This document shows positions 8,692 through 18,119 of a DNA stretch of 40,528 nucleotides, piece by piece. The DNA is taken from the IMG/VR virus record IMGVR_UViG_3300011918_000001. The stretch is one strand, 5' to 3'. A program made the position numbers and the translations under genes. Within the stretch, counting starts at the first letter, position 1, and each line of letters opens with the position of its first letter. The notes below the pieces were generated by a model, which saw nothing but the letters and a program-made list of their open reading frames with translations, searched no databases and was not told where the DNA came from. The DNA is from a virus.

Positions 8692-10284
8692 TTAGAAACC
8701 GCCAGCACGATCTCGTGCTAAGGCTCCACTTGTTAGACCAGTCTGACCACCGAAGGTAGCCTTTTCTAGTCCAGTTAGTTTCTGTCGTTGCTTGCGTGCT
8801 TCTTGAGCACCAGGAACGTTGAAGACTTCTCTTTCCGCAGTTGTCTGCGTGTAAGGATCTTCTCCATAGATTGATGCAAGTTGTGAACCACGCTGTAGTC
8901 CACCGGCAATGGTGCTGTAACCTTGCTGAGCAGTCTGCTTATTAACACCATAGCGTGCTAGGTATTCAGCATCTGTAACGTTGGTTGCAAGTCCTAGCTG
9001 AACTGCTGATGAACCAACCTCTGCTGCAGTAATGCGACGCTTGATTTGGTCTAGTCCCTTAGTAGGATCTAGTGCATAAGCAAGTAGGTCACCATTGGTA
9101 ATGTCTGGGTAGAATGTCTTAAGAGCAATACTGACTTCAGGGTTTGCATAAATCAAACGCTGTTGTGCTGTAGTAACGCGGTCTTCTAATTCAACTGCAG
9201 ATACATCGTTAGCAATGAAGTTAGTAAATCCTTCTTGTACACCTAGATCTCCACGCTTCCAGTATGACTCAGGAAGCCCTGCATTACGCAAGATGTTCTG
9301 GTACTGGTCCTCAAGACCAAGATACTCGGCCTCGCTAATTGCTTTAAGTCCTTTAGCAATACGCATTTCATTTGCTGCAAAACGCTTCTGGTATGACTTT
9401 GATGCTCGAAGTTTAAGAGTAAACTCGGCAGGTGATAGACCGTCAACAATGTACTGTTCTACTTCTTTTACTAGGCTACCTAAACCATATCTGTCAAACT
9501 CTGCATAGAGAATATCATAAGCAGATTTTCCTGCGCGACGCTTTTCATCTGCTGCTGTTTTTTCAATGTATGCGTTATAGGCTTTGATATCTGTAAAGAT
9601 TCTGCCATCTGGTGCTGTGTATGTTTGTCCTGGGATGACACTATCTCCAGAACCATCATCTACTACACCACCACCATCGTCATCGGTGGAGGAAGTATAG
9701 ATAGAATACTTACCGTCTGGGCCTTGTGTAAATCTTGCGCCAAAAGTTTTAGATGAGTTAGGTGAAGTTGCTACAGATAGTTGGTTGTATGTTCTTCCAT
9801 TTTTATCTGTAAAGGTTTCAATTCGATAGCCTAAGATTCCAGCAGATGAACCAAAAAATCGTTCTAGCTCTTTAGGGAACGGTCCTGCAATAAAACCTGC
9901 AGGAAGTTTACCCGTTGTTTCCGTTGTTTCCGTTGTTTCGGTTGTTTCTGCTGTGTCGGTTGTGTCTGCATCTGCTTCCGCCTCGCCCAATGCTCCACCA
10001 TCTGGCAATATAAATTCGCTTCCTCGACCCGCAATACCTGTTGCACTTGTTGCTGCTGTATCTGCTGGTGCTGTATCTGCTGGGATAGTATCTGTTGCTT
10101 CTGCTACAGGTGCTGCAGCGGCGCGTGTGCGCTCGTCAACCGCTGTTCCTGTTTTAGGTTCTAATGAATCTGCTTTAAGGCCTGAAAGAGGGTCTAGGCT
10201 TCTAAGGTATTCAAAATAAGTCATACGATCTTCTGGTGGAAGAGCAGCCTGTATCTTGTTCCATTGTGCTTCTGTATATGCCAT
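8692..10284 (-). CDS. Large virion protein with an acidic Thr/Glu linker
   Basis: 530 aa in the block between portal and scaffold. Carries a TTDTAETTETTETTETTG linker. Confidence 0.65.
   Translation of the reverse strand: MAYTEAQWNKIQAALPPEDRMTYFEYLRSLDPLSGLKADSLEPKTGTAVDERTRAAAAPVAEATDTIPADTAPADTAATSATGIAGRGSEFILPDGGALGEAEADADTTDTAETTETTETTETTGKLPAGFIAGPFPKELERFFGSSAGILGYRIETFTDKNGRTYNQLSVATSPNSSKTFGARFTQGPDGKYSIYTSSTDDDGGGVVDDGSGDSVIPGQTYTAPDGRIFTDIKAYNAYIEKTAADEKRRAGKSAYDILYAEFDRYGLGSLVKEVEQYIVDGLSPAEFTLKLRASKSYQKRFAANEMRIAKGLKAISEAEYLGLEDQYQNILRNAGLPESYWKRGDLGVQEGFTNFIANDVSAVELEDRVTTAQQRLIYANPEVSIALKTFYPDITNGDLLAYALDPTKGLDQIKRRITAAEVGSSAVQLGLATNVTDAEYLARYGVNKQTAQQGYSTIAGGLQRGSQLASIYGEDPYTQTTAEREVFNVPGAQEARKQRQKLTGLEKATFGGQTGLTSGALARDRAGGF
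9913..9948. repeat. 9-bp tandem repeat x4 (cgttgtttc) encoding the TET linker
   Basis: The units read directly as 9913-21, 9922-30, 9931-39 and 9940-48. The last unit has one mismatch. Confidence 0.85.
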
Positions 10285-10287
10285 TTG

Positions 10288-11817
10288 CTACCCCTGGAAT
10301 CCGAAGTCACGAAGGATGTCAAGTGTTGCACTTGATACATCCTGTCTTGCCTGTTCTGTGTACTGCCAGCGACTGTCTTTACGAAGTTGCTTCTTAAATT
10401 CATAGACGTTCATATCGCCCTTGTCGGTGATAGCAGAGCGTAGTAATGGGTCATTAAGATCAATAGAGTTTGGATCATCAATCTCTAGTACTGCTGCCAT
10501 AGTCTGACGGTATGGTGCAAACACTTGATTTAGGTTATAGCCTTGAGATAGCAGGTCACGCACATACTGTGGCTGACCTTGCGCTGCTAGTTTGCGTGCA
10601 TCTTGAATGATACGGTTGATATCAAGTTTACCTGATGCAATACCCTGTAGAACTTGCTGTTCGTTAGCACCACCAGGAATGATGTCACTAATCTTAAGAC
10701 CATTATCACGAGCAGTTGATAGTAAAATTTGATAGTTAGCAAGTGCCTGACCTGAGTAACCTTCAGTACCCTTACCACCAATCATTCCAGCTACTGGACG
10801 AATTGACGCTGCTAGGAAGTCATCAATAAATGACTGGTCCTCGCTTCGGTTGGTAATGTAAAGATTTTCTGCTGCCTTACGTAATGCTGCAGGATCTGAT
10901 GCTGCTGCAGAACCTATCTCTACCGCACGCTTTTTAAGGCTTGCCTCGATCCTTGCAATCTGCATCTCATAGTCGGTTGAGCCTGTAGCACGACCTGATG
11001 CTTGAAGATCACGATAGTTGTAGTACTGGATAAAACGTTCTTTAATCTCTTTAGAGTTTTGCTTGTACCAAACATCATCACGAAGTGCTTTACGGAAAGC
11101 ATCTGCTGTCATACCAGGAGTACTGACGTACTTCTTGAGAAGAGCAGCAAGGCTTGGGATGTTCTTAAACAAAGTCTCAGGCAGGGTAAAGTCTGCTCCT
11201 GCAGCTACATTTAATGCTGATGCTTCTCTATCTTCAGCAGTCTCTTCATCCTTAGGTGTCTTATCAGGCGTAGTAGTCTTAGAAGGAGTCGTAGTCTTAG
11301 GTGGGGTAGTCACCTTGGGAGGAGTAGTTACTGTAGATGGCGTTGTTACTGTAGATGGTTTCCCTGGAACTGGCGTGCTTGCAGGAGGGGACTTTATTAC
11401 AGCAGTCTTTGTAGAAGGAGCCTTTGCAGGTACTACCTTAATCTCAGGGAAGTTCTTTTCAACATCTCCTGAAATTGTTTTCAAACGATTTGTTGCACCA
11501 GTTCTTTGCTGCTTAAATGCAGTTGTGCTTTCTCCACGAGCCTCAGCCCTTTTGATTGAGGCATCAATCTTTTTAAGTTCATCGTTAAGTTTTACATACT
11601 CTTCAGCAGTCTTTGCTATCTTAGTTAGCCTAGTTAATTCTGCATTTATTCCTAAACGTTCACGATCAAGTTTGTCAATCTGTTGATTGATACTTTTTAT
11701 TTCGGCATCTGTTACAAATGGCTTACGCTTATCTGCTTTGAGTTTGCGAATGTCGTCAACTTTGGCAGAGTACTGAGCAGAAATTTTCTGTAGTTTAGTT
11801 TGGATTGCATTGGCCAT
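10288..11817 (-). CDS. Large virion protein: N-terminal coiled coil plus Pro/Thr-rich linker
   Basis: 509 aa with PSTVTTPSTVTTPPKVTTPPKTTTPSKTTTPDKTP. ATGA-type coupling to neighbours. Confidence 0.65.
   Translation of the reverse strand: MANAIQTKLQKISAQYSAKVDDIRKLKADKRKPFVTDAEIKSINQQIDKLDRERLGINAELTRLTKIAKTAEEYVKLNDELKKIDASIKRAEARGESTTAFKQQRTGATNRLKTISGDVEKNFPEIKVVPAKAPSTKTAVIKSPPASTPVPGKPSTVTTPSTVTTPPKVTTPPKTTTPSKTTTPDKTPKDEETAEDREASALNVAAGADFTLPETLFKNIPSLAALLKKYVSTPGMTADAFRKALRDDVWYKQNSKEIKERFIQYYNYRDLQASGRATGSTDYEMQIARIEASLKKRAVEIGSAAASDPAALRKAAENLYITNRSEDQSFIDDFLAASIRPVAGMIGGKGTEGYSGQALANYQILLSTARDNGLKISDIIPGGANEQQVLQGIASGKLDINRIIQDARKLAAQGQPQYVRDLLSQGYNLNQVFAPYRQTMAAVLEIDDPNSIDLNDPLLRSAITDKGDMNVYEFKKQLRKDSRWQYTEQARQDVSSATLDILRDFGFQG
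11265..11360. repeat. Imperfect 15-18-bp tandem repeats encoding the PT linker
   Basis: gtagttactgtagatggc is followed by gttgttactgtagatggt, and related gtagtcttag units lie upstream. Confidence 0.6.
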
Positions 11818-12491
11818 TAGCGCAGGCCTCCGAACTCTTGCATCATAATTGCATAGGCATCAGTAGCACGTACGGTCTTTGCCTCTGAAGTTGCTTCCAA
11901 CTTTTCTGTAATAAATTGTTCCTCGTCCACTCCACCCTTGGTGGTGACAAAACCTTTTCCAGCGGTTTGAACGCTAGGTTGCTTACGCTGTTCAGCGTTA
12001 ATCATCTTGAGATACTTGGCTTTTTCTGCCTTAGTTAATTTACGCTCAAGTAGATCTACTGCAATAGTGTCAAGAAGTTTAGCGGTTTGAGATGCGCTAG
12101 TTACATAGGTTTGACGAGTAGTTGTTGGTCCACTATCGCCTCCCTCTTCATCGCCTGAGATAATGCTTGTAAGAACGTCATATCGCTTTGTAGGAGTGGT
12201 TGCACCGATCATCTTATCTAGTGCTATCTGACCCTGGTATCGCTCTTCTAACTTTGCTAGAGCTGTATAATACTTAAGGTCAAACTTGCTTGATACTTTA
12301 CCAGTCCAAATACCTGCTTCTTTTAATCTTTCAGCCAAAGCAAGACGTGCATCGTTAGATGCCTGTGAAATGCCCTTTACGAAAACATCAAATGCAACCT
12401 CGCCACTGGTGGATGACCCGCTAGTTTGTGTTGCAGGAGAACGCATTGCTTGTGTTCTTGCAGCATCTGGACCGGAAGTTGGTTCAGCCAT
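11817..12491 (-). CDS. Virion-block protein, function unknown
   Basis: 224-aa ORF, overlap-coupled on both sides. Confidence 0.65.
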   Translation of the reverse strand: MAEPTSGPDAARTQAMRSPATQTSGSSTSGEVAFDVFVKGISQASNDARLALAERLKEAGIWTGKVSSKFDLKYYTALAKLEERYQGQIALDKMIGATTPTKRYDVLTSIISGDEEGGDSGPTTTRQTYVTSASQTAKLLDTIAVDLLERKLTKAEKAKYLKMINAEQRKQPSVQTAGKGFVTTKGGVDEEQFITEKLEATSEAKTVRATDAYAIMMQEFGGLR

Positions 12492-15400
12492 CAGTATCTC
12501 CTAATAACGATGCAAACAATGTATTGTAAGCACTCATAGTATTTTCATTTGCTTTTGAAAGTTCACGAATTCTAACGATTGTAGAATCCTTCATAAATGC
12601 AACTAGGTTTGTAGTTCCTGAAACAGTATCTAATGCTTGCCTTTGCATCTTGTAAGAATCGTAGGCATCTAGCATTTCCTTAAGAGGCTTCTGTACAGAA
12701 CCACGTGTAGTTACGGTCTTATCGTTGAGCATCTTGCGTAGGTCATCAATGGCATTGATACGCTCAATAGCCTTCTTGCCACCTTCTGATAACTCTTCTT
12801 GCAGTAATGGTCGTCCTGCCTTGAATGTCTTAGCCCAAGCCTGGAACTCATTGCGTGCCATAGTACGCTCGAAGTCTGTAATCTTACTCTTTAGAGAAGT
12901 CTCGTAATCATTCTTCTTGCTGTAATAAACCTGTAGATCTGCAGCAGTTTGTACCTCACGCAAGTAATCATCTACACGCTTGTTGTACTTAAGACCCATA
13001 TCCTTCATAGTCTTATAGGCATCCCAAGAGAAACCTGACTTGTGAGGAATAAGGAAGGCTGCTCCTTGTGGATAGCGTTCAAATAGGTCCTTGTTCTGTT
13101 CTACAAAGGTACCTGATTCTTCTGCATATCTAATAATAGCAACAGTTTTCTTCTCAGATTCTGGAATGGTAAATGGAATCTGGTTAGGAAATAACTCAAC
13201 CCACTTAGCCATAGCTGCATCGTAATCGCCAGGGTACTGATCTAGTAGACCGTTCCAAGCCTGCTTAAAGTTTGCCTTGCCATTATCTTTAATCCAGTCA
13301 GCCATATCAGCCTTAAGCTGAACCTGTGGTGATGCTGGTGCAAAGAATCCATAGACGAATCTAGTACCAAGAATACCTAGAACGGTGTTCTTAACACGTT
13401 GACGATACTCTTCTTGCTCCTGAATACTAGGAGGAATCAGGTTACCTGTCTCATCAAAGTTCTGAGGTAGTCCGTGACCACCTGCTTCAAGATATGTTAC
13501 CGCTTTACGCCAAGCACTTGCGTACTGTGAGTCGCGTTCATCTGTGCTCATAGTCTCGTATAGACGATTAACGTGAGCAGGTAGGAAAGAAGATACAAAT
13601 GAGCGTCCTATTGCATACTTACCCATAGAAAGTTGGGTAATTGTGTCTGCAGCACCTGGTGCTCCAGCAACATCTACTAGGTTTGAGATAACCTTCATAG
13701 ATACGCCAGCAAGTGGACCTGAAAATGTAGGAATCAAAGAGTCTTGGTTCAAAGATGGGGTAAGCATCTTGACTTGTGCGCCAAACTGCACAGGAAATGG
13801 TGTCTTAAAGTCAGCAGGAAGACCTACTGCTACCATTGCATTACGTACTGCTGTGTAGATAGGCTCAATACCAGGATATACGAAGTACTTTTCGCCTTGG
13901 TCATCCTCTTGAATCCAACCATTGTGAGCAATTCCGTCATAAGTCAGGGCTGCTTTGCGAATAGCCATTGGGTTATAGGCAATAACGCGAGACATACGAC
14001 GATAGAAGTCCTCAGTTGCACGATAGAAACGAGAGAAGTTACGCGCTCCAAATGCTAACTGTGTACGAACCAGTGGATTATCCACATATTGCAGTGTTTG
14101 AGATACTGCACGTTCTTCAACTATCTCTGCAAACTGACGCTTTGCACGATCTGTAGCTATAGCAATCTTTTTTGGATTTGTTTGATCTACCTTGCTAACA
14201 ACAGATGCGATGTAGGCTTCTTCAAAGCCAGACTTCTTCATCTGCTTACGGATGTTAATGATTTCATTAAAGACAATTGGCTGACGAGACATACGTGAGT
14301 TAGCAAGACCTAACCAAGTCCATCCCTTTGACATCAAAGATGCAGTTACATTGCCTGATTCAGACAGAGGAACCAATTGTGGTCCAAGAACATAGGCTGG
14401 AATGTCTGCATCGTCTAACCTAGAAACATCATCTAGTGATAGTTGACCAGAGATAATGTAATCTCCTTGGTCATTTAAGACACGGATCTTATTAAGAAGA
14501 TCTACGTTAATCTCTTTGCCAGCACCTGCTGCAGTTCCACGCTTTTCAAAGATTTCTGCTGCTCGATTGTAAACAATCTCAGCGTGCTGTCTTTCATCAA
14601 TATTCTTTGCTGCAAGTTGTGCTTCCTTACGGAAAGATGGATTCTTTTGCATCCAATCCATAATCTTTGCAATGGCAACTTCTTTATTATCAAGGTTTGC
14701 TAAAGCAACAGCACCAAGTCTATCGTTTGCATAATAGTTAATACGCATAAGCCAGGTAAGTAGCGCTGCTTCATCTCGGTTACCTAATGAACGAGATTCA
14801 AACTTACGGCCACCTTTTGCAATTCCGTACTTTTCAGCCTTTGGCTCATTTATTACAAAGGCTTCGCTACGAACACCGTGTGAACGGGTAAAGATAGTTG
14901 AGCGTGTAATAAAGTCACCACCGGTAGCAAAGTTACCAGCACCTTCTGATACAAGAGACATAGTGTTGTCTAGGTTTCCGTAGACAATATGCTCTGCAAG
15001 AATTGCCGCTTCTTCTTCAAACATAGGCTTCATACCTAATGCTTGACGATAGCGGTTTACTCGTCCAGATGTAAGAGCAGTAGCGACAATACGACGAGTC
15101 TGACCTACCGCACCACCTGCTGTGGTCTGCTTGATAGTTTCAATCTCTGCTGCAAGTGAGGCTTTAACAACAGGATCTGTTGTTATCTTCATTGCTTCTC
15201 TTTTAAGTTTAATTTCATCGCGTGCTTTGACAATCATATCGTCAACTGCTGTAATTTCAGCCTCAAACTTAGCTGCTTCATTCTTGTTAAGGATTCTAAG
15301 AACTCCACCTAGTGGATTATCTGACCAAGTTTTAGTCTTTCTTGCACCTTCTAGTGCTGTGTTAACACGAGTGGAAAGATAGCGACTCTTGGCAAGACCC

Positions 15401-17316
15401 CAAGGGCTACCACCGATAGCAAGGTGGACCATTAAGTCTTCAGATGCGTTACGAATAGCATAGCGTGGACCAGCAAGGGTTAGGAATGACCAGTATCCAG
15501 TCATATTATCTACCCACTGCTTGTTTGCTTGACCAAACATTCTGTTAATAAGACCGCTACGCGCTGCTGCTCTGTCAATATCTACAAGGCTAGGCGTGGT
15601 CATAAAAGGATTGTAGTCAGATGGGATTGCACCAAGGTCTTGAAAGTCATCGGCAAAGTTGGCTACAGAAAACTTAGCATCACCTTTAGTAACAGTCTGG
15701 TTGACAATCTTTTGACCAGCTTCTGTAAGGTTTAGACCGCGTGCTTCTGCGATAGTACCCCAGATGCCCTTGACCATTTCCTTACGCTGACCTATTTCAG
15801 TTGATGCTTCAAAGGTTTCTGCAACCATTCTTGCATCGTACTTAGTCATTACAAGACGTGCCAAGCGGTATACCTGTGTTGAGGCATCTGCTGCAGTTAC
15901 ATCAAATACATCGTCCTTGAACATAGGAGCGATATTAAACTTAGCCTTGAACTTATCTAAGCGTTCTCCGATTGCCCTAGATGATAAACGTAGAACACCT
16001 TTTATGTCTTGGGATTGCTTTATCTTTTCACCAAGAACTGTTGCATCTTCTGTAAGTGTCTTACGGATTCCATCTGTATCTGGTAGTTGACCGTATAGGT
16101 CATCCATAATTCTAGGAGCAAACTTATCAATGTTAATTACTTTATCAGCACCAGTAACGATTGCTATACGTGCTTTGCGTTGGGCATCTAAGCGTGGAAG
16201 GATAATGCGCTTGCGTCCAACTGAACCTTTTAGTAGTCCTAAGGCTTCTTCTGTATTTAACAGGAAAGCCTTTGCAGAGTTTGCGTCTACTACCTCAGCC
16301 TTTTGGAATACTCTAATTACTTCTTGACCAAATTCAGGAGCAAGTCTCTTAAGAGAATCACGTGCTTCTACTAAATCTTTACCCTTAGCCTTAGAGTTCT
16401 GCAGTCCTGTGTACTTAGCCAAGGCTGATCCATACTCGTTCCAAAATGCTGCAGCGTTAGGATTAGCAAAGTAATCTGCTACCTTATCGCCTTTAGTAAT
16501 AACATCAAGTGAATACTTGCTTATCACATACAAAGAGCGTAACTTTGATGCAACCACAAGTGGATCTGCAAACAAGCGGTATGCTGCATCTGTTACACCA
16601 GAGACTAAACCATAGGCTAGTCCGTTCTTTTCTAGTGCTTCAGGAAGAATAGCGTTGGCAAATTGACGACCTGGAGAAAACTTAGCTCTGTCTACCTCTG
16701 CAAGAGTGTCCTTGAATAACTCACGTTCACCTTCAATATCATTTACATTAGCAATAGTCTTGTTGCGTGGATCTGCAAGCATAATGTACTTTTGTTGTTC
16801 AGGTGTAGCCGTTGCAAATATCTTTGATACATCTTCGCCAGCGTTGATACGCATAGCAATATCTACTGCATCGCGTCCATACTTTGCTCTGGCGTTTTCG
16901 ATACGTCCTTCATTAAATACTTTGTCGCCTTTGTCGTTTGCTTTATCCCAAGCAAAGCCAACTTCGCCCTCAGATAACGGAATAGCAATAGCGCGATAAG
17001 CGCGAGTCATAGCATCAGATGCTTCGATAACACCCTTAAAGGCAAGTGTTAATGGGTTATAGTTAGCAGCATAGTGCCAAGCACTTCCAAGCCAACCACG
17101 AGATGGCTTAGTAGTAGGATCTTCTACACCGTACTTTTTAACAAGGTCAGATTGCTGGTCAGGAGGCAGTGCTGCATACTTTGCTGCAGCTACCTCTTTA
17201 GGAAGGTTAGATAGTTCTCTGTGTACAAAAAGAGATTTAACTAAATCATCAACTTGTTTTTTGGGCTGACCTTGAAGGTTAGCAGCTAACGCTGCTGCTT
17301 TAAGATTATCACTCAT
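12484..17316 (-). CDS. Giant virion protein (1610 aa), internal or ejection protein candidate
   Basis: The longest ORF in the genome, lying between portal and scaffold. I could not assign any catalytic motif confidently. Confidence 0.85.
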   Translation of the reverse strand: MSDNLKAAALAANLQGQPKKQVDDLVKSLFVHRELSNLPKEVAAAKYAALPPDQQSDLVKKYGVEDPTTKPSRGWLGSAWHYAANYNPLTLAFKGVIEASDAMTRAYRAIAIPLSEGEVGFAWDKANDKGDKVFNEGRIENARAKYGRDAVDIAMRINAGEDVSKIFATATPEQQKYIMLADPRNKTIANVNDIEGERELFKDTLAEVDRAKFSPGRQFANAILPEALEKNGLAYGLVSGVTDAAYRLFADPLVVASKLRSLYVISKYSLDVITKGDKVADYFANPNAAAFWNEYGSALAKYTGLQNSKAKGKDLVEARDSLKRLAPEFGQEVIRVFQKAEVVDANSAKAFLLNTEEALGLLKGSVGRKRIILPRLDAQRKARIAIVTGADKVINIDKFAPRIMDDLYGQLPDTDGIRKTLTEDATVLGEKIKQSQDIKGVLRLSSRAIGERLDKFKAKFNIAPMFKDDVFDVTAADASTQVYRLARLVMTKYDARMVAETFEASTEIGQRKEMVKGIWGTIAEARGLNLTEAGQKIVNQTVTKGDAKFSVANFADDFQDLGAIPSDYNPFMTTPSLVDIDRAAARSGLINRMFGQANKQWVDNMTGYWSFLTLAGPRYAIRNASEDLMVHLAIGGSPWGLAKSRYLSTRVNTALEGARKTKTWSDNPLGGVLRILNKNEAAKFEAEITAVDDMIVKARDEIKLKREAMKITTDPVVKASLAAEIETIKQTTAGGAVGQTRRIVATALTSGRVNRYRQALGMKPMFEEEAAILAEHIVYGNLDNTMSLVSEGAGNFATGGDFITRSTIFTRSHGVRSEAFVINEPKAEKYGIAKGGRKFESRSLGNRDEAALLTWLMRINYYANDRLGAVALANLDNKEVAIAKIMDWMQKNPSFRKEAQLAAKNIDERQHAEIVYNRAAEIFEKRGTAAGAGKEINVDLLNKIRVLNDQGDYIISGQLSLDDVSRLDDADIPAYVLGPQLVPLSESGNVTASLMSKGWTWLGLANSRMSRQPIVFNEIINIRKQMKKSGFEEAYIASVVSKVDQTNPKKIAIATDRAKRQFAEIVEERAVSQTLQYVDNPLVRTQLAFGARNFSRFYRATEDFYRRMSRVIAYNPMAIRKAALTYDGIAHNGWIQEDDQGEKYFVYPGIEPIYTAVRNAMVAVGLPADFKTPFPVQFGAQVKMLTPSLNQDSLIPTFSGPLAGVSMKVISNLVDVAGAPGAADTITQLSMGKYAIGRSFVSSFLPAHVNRLYETMSTDERDSQYASAWRKAVTYLEAGGHGLPQNFDETGNLIPPSIQEQEEYRQRVKNTVLGILGTRFVYGFFAPASPQVQLKADMADWIKDNGKANFKQAWNGLLDQYPGDYDAAMAKWVELFPNQIPFTIPESEKKTVAIIRYAEESGTFVEQNKDLFERYPQGAAFLIPHKSGFSWDAYKTMKDMGLKYNKRVDDYLREVQTAADLQVYYSKKNDYETSLKSKITDFERTMARNEFQAWAKTFKAGRPLLQEELSEGGKKAIERINAIDDLRKMLNDKTVTTRGSVQKPLKEMLDAYDSYKMQRQALDTVSGTTNLVAFMKDSTIVRIRELSKANENTMSAYNTLFASLLGDTDG

Positions 17317-17714
17317 TAGTTACCCTGTGCTAGTGCTTCTTGGTACAATACCGCTACTTCTCCAGTAGTATCATAAGGAAGCATTGCTGCCAAAGAGTCT
17401 GAAAGTTTAATTGCATTTTTTTGCATTAGTAAAGCATTAGCACCAGGACCTTCGCCCATATCAATACCTGCTGTAATAGGCTCGTTTGGACGTTGTGTTG
17501 GTGCGTATAATCCTGTTATTGGTGACTGCGTTGCAGCCTCGCGTACATCTCCTGCGCGAGCAGGGCGTACATCATCAGTTTTGGCTAGCGGAGCACCTGA
17601 CTTAATAGCCTGTGTCTCTACGCCTTCGCCGTATCCTGTGGAACCCATTTCTAATTTATCAGTACGTGTTGAGAACTTACCTGGGCCTGCTGGTCCAGCC
17701 AGTGGATTCATCAT
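17316..17714 (-). CDS. Virion-block protein (likely start MMNPLAGPAGPGKFSTRTD)
   Basis: The ORF track extends to 17768, but the ATG at 17714 follows GAGGAGGA and lies 2 nt after the stop of 17717..17944. Confidence 0.65.
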   Translation of the reverse strand: MMNPLAGPAGPGKFSTRTDKLEMGSTGYGEGVETQAIKSGAPLAKTDDVRPARAGDVREAATQSPITGLYAPTQRPNEPITAGIDMGEGPGANALLMQKNAIKLSDSLAAMLPYDTTGEVAVLYQEALAQGN

Positions 17715-17716
17715 AC

Positions 17717-17944
17717 TCACTGTTTGTCCTCCTCTAATTTTTCTAAGTCTGCTGTCATATCTTCCCAAGCTCTATTGGTTTGAGTAAGATGATTTGATTG
17801 ATAAATTGCTAACTCCATTAGTTCACCTGTTAAGGTTTCTATAGATGATGCTATGTTGTGTATAAAGCCTACGCCTACTACAAGAAAATCAAGAAAGCGT
17901 ACTGGACGAGGAATGTAATCACTATCTTTCATCGCCCAGTACAC
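17717..17944 (-). CDS. Small membrane and coiled-coil protein
   Basis: 75 aa with the hydrophobic segment FLDFLVVGVGFI. Confidence 0.5.
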   Translation of the reverse strand: MYWAMKDSDYIPRPVRFLDFLVVGVGFIHNIASSIETLTGELMELAIYQSNHLTQTNRAWEDMTADLEKLEEDKQ

Positions 17945-17961
17945 CTCTCATTAAAAAGTTA

Positions 17962-18102
17962 TTATCCCTTTTTTACTGCATTGCCACGACGGCCTGCTGG
18001 CATCATTGATGGAACTACCTTGCCACCTTTTGGCTTAGATGTGTCCTTCTTGCCTTCAGTTGGCTTTGACATTGGCGCTGCTGCGCGAGATCCCTTGTTC
18101 AT
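17962..18102 (-). CDS. Lys-rich basic mini-protein (46 aa)
   Basis: Hand-translated as MNKGSRAAAPMSKPTEGKKDTSKPKGGKVVPSMMPAGRRGNAVKKG. A GGAGG box lies 7 nt upstream of the ATG. Confidence 0.55.
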   Translation of the reverse strand: MNKGSRAAAPMSKPTEGKKDTSKPKGGKVVPSMMPAGRRGNAVKKG

Positions 18103-18119
18103 ATTTACACCTCCTCTGC

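Noticed and set aside
8656-8693. Hairpin ccactag-N10-ctagtgg followed by a T-run on the plus strand, between the 530-aa gene and the scaffold gene.
   Set aside because: As a terminator it is oriented against the direction of every gene in the block. On the coding (minus) strand it has no U-run. It may block antisense transcription or simply be a stem-loop, and I cannot support a call.
9215-12504. Assorted internal or antisense ORFs in the large virion genes (9215..9508, 9243..9449, 9864..10046, 9953..10219, 10221..10403, 10587..10781, 10920..11102, 11002..11214, 11063..11686, 12286..12504). The many 60-100-aa ORFs inside 12484..17316 fall in the same category.
   Set aside because: Each lies inside a much longer co-linear ORF, and none has a motif or a ribosome-binding site.
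14200-14300. A string in the 1610-aa protein, IRKQMKKSGFEEAYI, fits the T7/N4 RNA polymerase motif B pattern RxxxKxxxxxxxY.
   Set aside because: It is a single loose pattern match that lacks the following Gly. I could not find convincing motif A, C or TxxGR partners. The phage also encodes its own sigma factor, which implies use of host RNA polymerase. The coordinates are approximate. It is only worth testing by profile search.
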